From: Selaginella moellendorffii
Lineage: Eukaryota > Plantae > Lycopodiophyta
Reading direction: 5' to 3'
Assembly: GCF_000143415.4 (NCBI RefSeq)
Contig: NW_003314280.1
Coordinates: forward strand, 558,001 to 622,000
DNA: 64,000 nucleotides
Below the pieces are notes generated by a model, which worked only from the letters and a program-made list of their open reading frames with translations, made no database searches and had not been told where the DNA came from. Each line of letters starts with the position of its first letter. The first letter of the stretch is position 1. Below, one piece after another: positions 60,061-64,000 of the stretch. Made by a program: the position numbers and the translations under genes.

Positions 60061-60883
60061 AAGTGGCAGAGCTGCCATGGAATAAAAGATGTGTTGGCTT
60101 TCTTAATGGTGGAATCACAGCTTATAAGCTCACTTTCTTATAGTGAGCTAACATTGAAGACAGCTCTAACATTGCATGTGAGTCTGTGGCTTTATTGCTG
60201 CTACTTGCTCAGCTCGTAGCTCTAGAACAGGTTTGTGGAAAATATGATAGAGGCTCTTGACAGGATGGAGGATTAGATGGTTTTTTCCTGCCTAGGATAC
60301 AACAACCAGGTTCAAAGTGAACTGTTTAGCAATTGTCAAATCAGCATTGACATTGCTACCAGCAGTACCCATAGCTAAATGGCAACAGCAGGTATGAGCA
60401 AGAGCCAAAGGTAGGTGTTATTTTCTTCTCCCCACCAAAGCAATTTTGGTAGGCTCCAACAGCAGATCCTTGAATCAATTTCTAACTATGATAGGTTGTC
60501 CAAGAGAAGTTCAGCTTCAAGAGTGTAGAGAAGGTATGTAAACTTTTTTTGCACCATGGATTCGGGCTTGGGCTCAAAGTTCTTTCTTCTAGATTTTGAG
60601 AGTTATCTTTAAACATTTAAATTGGAATCAAGATGGTGAAGGACGGACATTGGGAAGAGGAGACAAATGTTAAACAATAAGTTTTGTCAACTGTCCAGAA
60701 CTTTAGCTTCAAGACTTCTTTTGCAAAGTTCTTTCTTCTAGATTGTGAGAGCTATCGTTAGACACTTTGTAGTTTAGGAGTTGATCAAGCAGCAAACATA
60801 GCTAAGCTCACTAAATCTCTTGAAATGGCATGACATTTGCTAACCACCCAGCATTCACTGGGCAACTGCTAATATATATAAAT

Positions 60884-61740
60884 GGCGTTCTGGAAGGGAA
60901 ATGGTGTCACGTTTGTTCATCGGCTTCCATACACCGCGATTAATTTCTACTCGTATGAACAGTACAAGGCGGTAAGTAACGCATCGTTTACTCTGCTTTC
61001 CTGGTTAAAAGCAGTGGAGATGAGCTCGATTGTTTGCTCGTTTCGTCGCCGGTAGTGGAGCTGGAATCACTGCTGCTGCGACAACGTACCCTTTGGATCT
61101 CGTTCGAACGAGACTAGCAGCACAGGTGAGTAGAGCTTGACCGTAGAGAAAGATGATGCGAGGGATAGTTTTTCCTTTCTAGGCAATTCCTGAGAAGCTC
61201 TTAGCTGAAGTATGGCTTTGACAGAGGGGTTCTTGGGACTTATTTTGCGCCTTCGCAGGTGAAATGACCGCTGTGATTTGCATCTACCACAGGAGAGCTT
61301 TCTTGGCCTTTACAAGGGGCTATGGCCGACGCTTTTAGTATGTTCTTCGAGAGCTTATTACTGGAACGCTCAAAGGTGGATTTTTTCTTAGTTTCGAGTT
61401 CTTGGACTAGAGTGTGAGCATGTTTACTTCCAGGCCCGAGTCGTCCAGGATGGTGACGAGCTTGATCTCCGGTGGAGTAGCAGGAATTGCTGCCTCAACA
61501 GGTAAGAGTCTTAAGATCGATTACGTTTGATCGCCATCGTTCTGTTTTCAGCGGTGTTTCCGATCGATTTGGTAAAGTGAAGGATGCAACTCGAGGGCGA
61601 TCGGAGATGGACACCAGGGATTGTGAGCGCGCTGAGGCACATTGTTCGCACCCAAGGCTACGCTGGGTTGTACAGGGGGATTTTACCCGAGTACCTCCCG
61701 GCCGTGGGGATTGCCTTCATGGTGTATGAAATGAAGTGAT
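60884..61740 (+). pseudogene. Mitochondrial carrier (ADNT1-like) pseudogene
   Basis: AFWKGNGVT...PYTAINFYSYE, TYPLDLVRTRLAAQ, FPIDLVK*RMQLEG with in-frame stops and missing exons. Confidence 0.8.
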
Positions 61741-61902
61741 GAAGAACATTAGCGTCGCGAGGGAGAAGAGGTGAATGTAAATGGTCCCCGAACAGGTGTT
61801 GGTCAGTGGCAGGTTCCCCGCGTCCCCTATTTTTTTCCAACCGTCAGATATTCTTGAATCGACGGCCTTGGTTGAATTTAGCAAATATTTAGGGTTCTTG
61901 CG

Positions 61903-64000
61903 ATGGATGGGAGCTCGCTTGTTCCGCGGCTTGGCAACGGCAGCGATCGATGCGCCGCATCAGCATTCGCTCTTTCGGAAGCGCCGCAGCGGGCGCCCGA
62001 TTAGCAGGCGGCCACGCTGGTGTCGGCGCTGAAGGTATGTGGCGGCACAAGGGATTTGCGCAAGGGCAAGGCGATCCAAGCCCAGGCGGCGGAGAGGAAA
62101 CAGCTGGGGATCCATGTTGCGAATGCGCTGGTGGACATGTACGCGAAAAGCGGCAGGATGGAGGATTCCCACCGCATTCTTCACCCAAACGTGACGTCCT
62201 GGAACGTTCTGATGCTGGGCTACGTCACGAGCCATGTGGCTCTGGATCTCTTCGAGAGGATGCAAGCCAGGCAGTCGGGCTGCAAGCCAAACTCCAGGAG
62301 CTTCATGGCCGCGGTGAAGGCTTGTAGCAGCCTCGCGGCAAAGGAAGACACTGTTTTTTGGTCGATGGGAAGCTCGTCAAGGAGGCTAGTCTCGAGACCA
62401 GCAGAGGCATCCATTCTCAAGCCAAGCAGATGGGACCGTCTTGCAGCGAAGACGTTTTCCTCTCGAGCTCGCTAATCGATATGTACTCCAAGTGCGGCAT
62501 CATGCTCGATGCTCGATCGGTCTTCGATGAGATGCCACGGCGAGGGAATGCTTTGATACTGGGCTACGTAGAGAATGGAGAAAGCGAGGTCGCTCTCGAG
62601 TTCTTTGGGAAGATGGGACTGCTCGCGGACTTTCGTTGCTGCTGCCAAGGCCTGTGCGAATCTAGCAGTGAAAGAGGAGGCCACTAAAAAGATGGAAAGA
62701 TGGTGAAGACGAAGAGCCCGGAGAGGGGCTCGCTGTTCACGATGGAGCTGTGAAAAGCCACTGCTGTGGAGATATCTTCGTGGGGAGCAGCCTCGTGGAC
62801 ATGTACTCAAAGTGTGGGCGTGGTGACGCGCGGATGGTTTTCGAGAGCATGCCTCGTCGCGATGTCGTGCTCAGAACGAGCTTGATACAGACAACGGGGA
62901 AAGCGAGCTGGCTCTCGTGTTCTTCGAAGCTATCCGGGTGCTGTCCAAACTCTCGAACGTATGTTGCTGCGCTTGCCACCTGTGCGAGATCGGCAATGCG
63001 AGAAGAAGCGGTGGATGTCGACGGGAAACTCGTGAAGAGAAAGAGCTTGGAAACTGGGGTGGCTATCCATGGTGAAGCTTCAAACAACAGGTGCTGCGAG
63101 GATGTGTTCGTGGGGAACACACTGATCGATATGTACGCGAAGTGTGGGAAGCTAGAGGAAGCTCGCAAGGCATGGCTGGCCGAGACGTGGTTTCGTGGAA
63201 CACAACGATCTAGGGATCTGCTGGAAGTGGAGACAGCAAGATGGCCTTGGAGCTGGTCTTCGGCATGGCTTGGGAGAACGATCCGGACGAGAGAACGTTT
63301 GTTGCTGCGCTCATGGCCTGCGTCCACCTTTCAGCGTCCGAACAACCTGTTCCGCGGGAAGATAGAAAGCTACTGCGAATCCAGAGTCTAGAAAAGGGGA
63401 TGCAGATTCATTCTCTTGCCGCGAAGTTTGAATGCTGCCAGTTGGAGCAGCTTAGTGGACATGTATGCCAAGTATGGAGATATGGTGAAAGCTCGAGCAG
63501 CTTTCAAAGGCATCCCTAGCCGGGACGTTGTTGGTTGGACGAGCTTGATCCAGGATATGTAGACAACGGTGAGAGTGAGCTTGGGCTGGAACTCTTGGAG
63601 AGCATGGACTGTGCTCCAAACTCTCAGACTCTTGTAGTGAGACTTACGGCCTGTGGGAACGTTGGGTCCAGTGAAGCTGGAAGGAAAATCCAGGCTGAGC
63701 TTTACAGCGTGGGCTGGAAGACGACCATGTTGTGGGGAAGTGCATGGTAAACTTCTACGGAAGTGCGGAATTATGAGCACTTGTTTGGATCTCTGGCAGT
63801 CCGAGATATCGTCGCCTGGAATGCACTGATCACAGGATTCGGCCGGGAGAAGATGGTGTGCGATCACGTTTGTCTCGCTCATCACTGCTTGCAGCCACGG
63901 CGACCTGGTTGAACGAGGCAGGGAGTTTTTCCAGGCAATGGACCCGGACTCTGGTATTGTTTGCGGGATTCATCACTACAGCAGCTTGGTGGATCTCTTC
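61903..64000 (+). pseudogene. PLS-class PPR gene, frameshifted; runs off the window
   Basis: Repeated ALVDMYAKSG, SLIDMYSKCG, VTSWNVLMLGY, DIVAWNALITG and ACSHG motifs spread over different frames. Confidence 0.88.

Overview
Eukaryotic land-plant genomic DNA. Very short (about 45-70 nt) GT-AG introns, tightly packed genes, a dynein roadblock light chain and degenerate PLS-type PPR genes suggest a lycophyte such as Selaginella (inference). 1-21.7 kb is transposon-rich. It holds a young chromodomain Ty3/gypsy element whose integrase is split by two spliceosomal-type introns and followed by a hairpin array. It also holds nested LTRs inside a 5S-rRNA-bearing Cassandra-like TRIM, copia and gypsy relics, an orphan two-repeat protein gene and a TOM2A/tetraspanin-proteasome-beta fusion gene. 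22-53.7 kb is gene-dense: GDP1-like G-patch, Sec14, a tandemly duplicated block (kelch-Crinkler-like fusion, tRNA-Arg, SAL1), alpha-amylase, a methyltransferase, inositol 5-phosphatase, a probably inactive nucleoside hydrolase, CoA carrier, roadblock and a divergent Trp synthase alpha. 54-64 kb is AT-rich relic DNA with PPR and carrier pseudogenes. The best novelty candidates are (1) the intron-containing chromovirus and (2) two independent chimeric genes in which a diverged copy of a conserved plant gene is spliced in frame to an intronless protease-like or nuclease-like last exon. Family assignments come from motif recognition by eye, not database searches.
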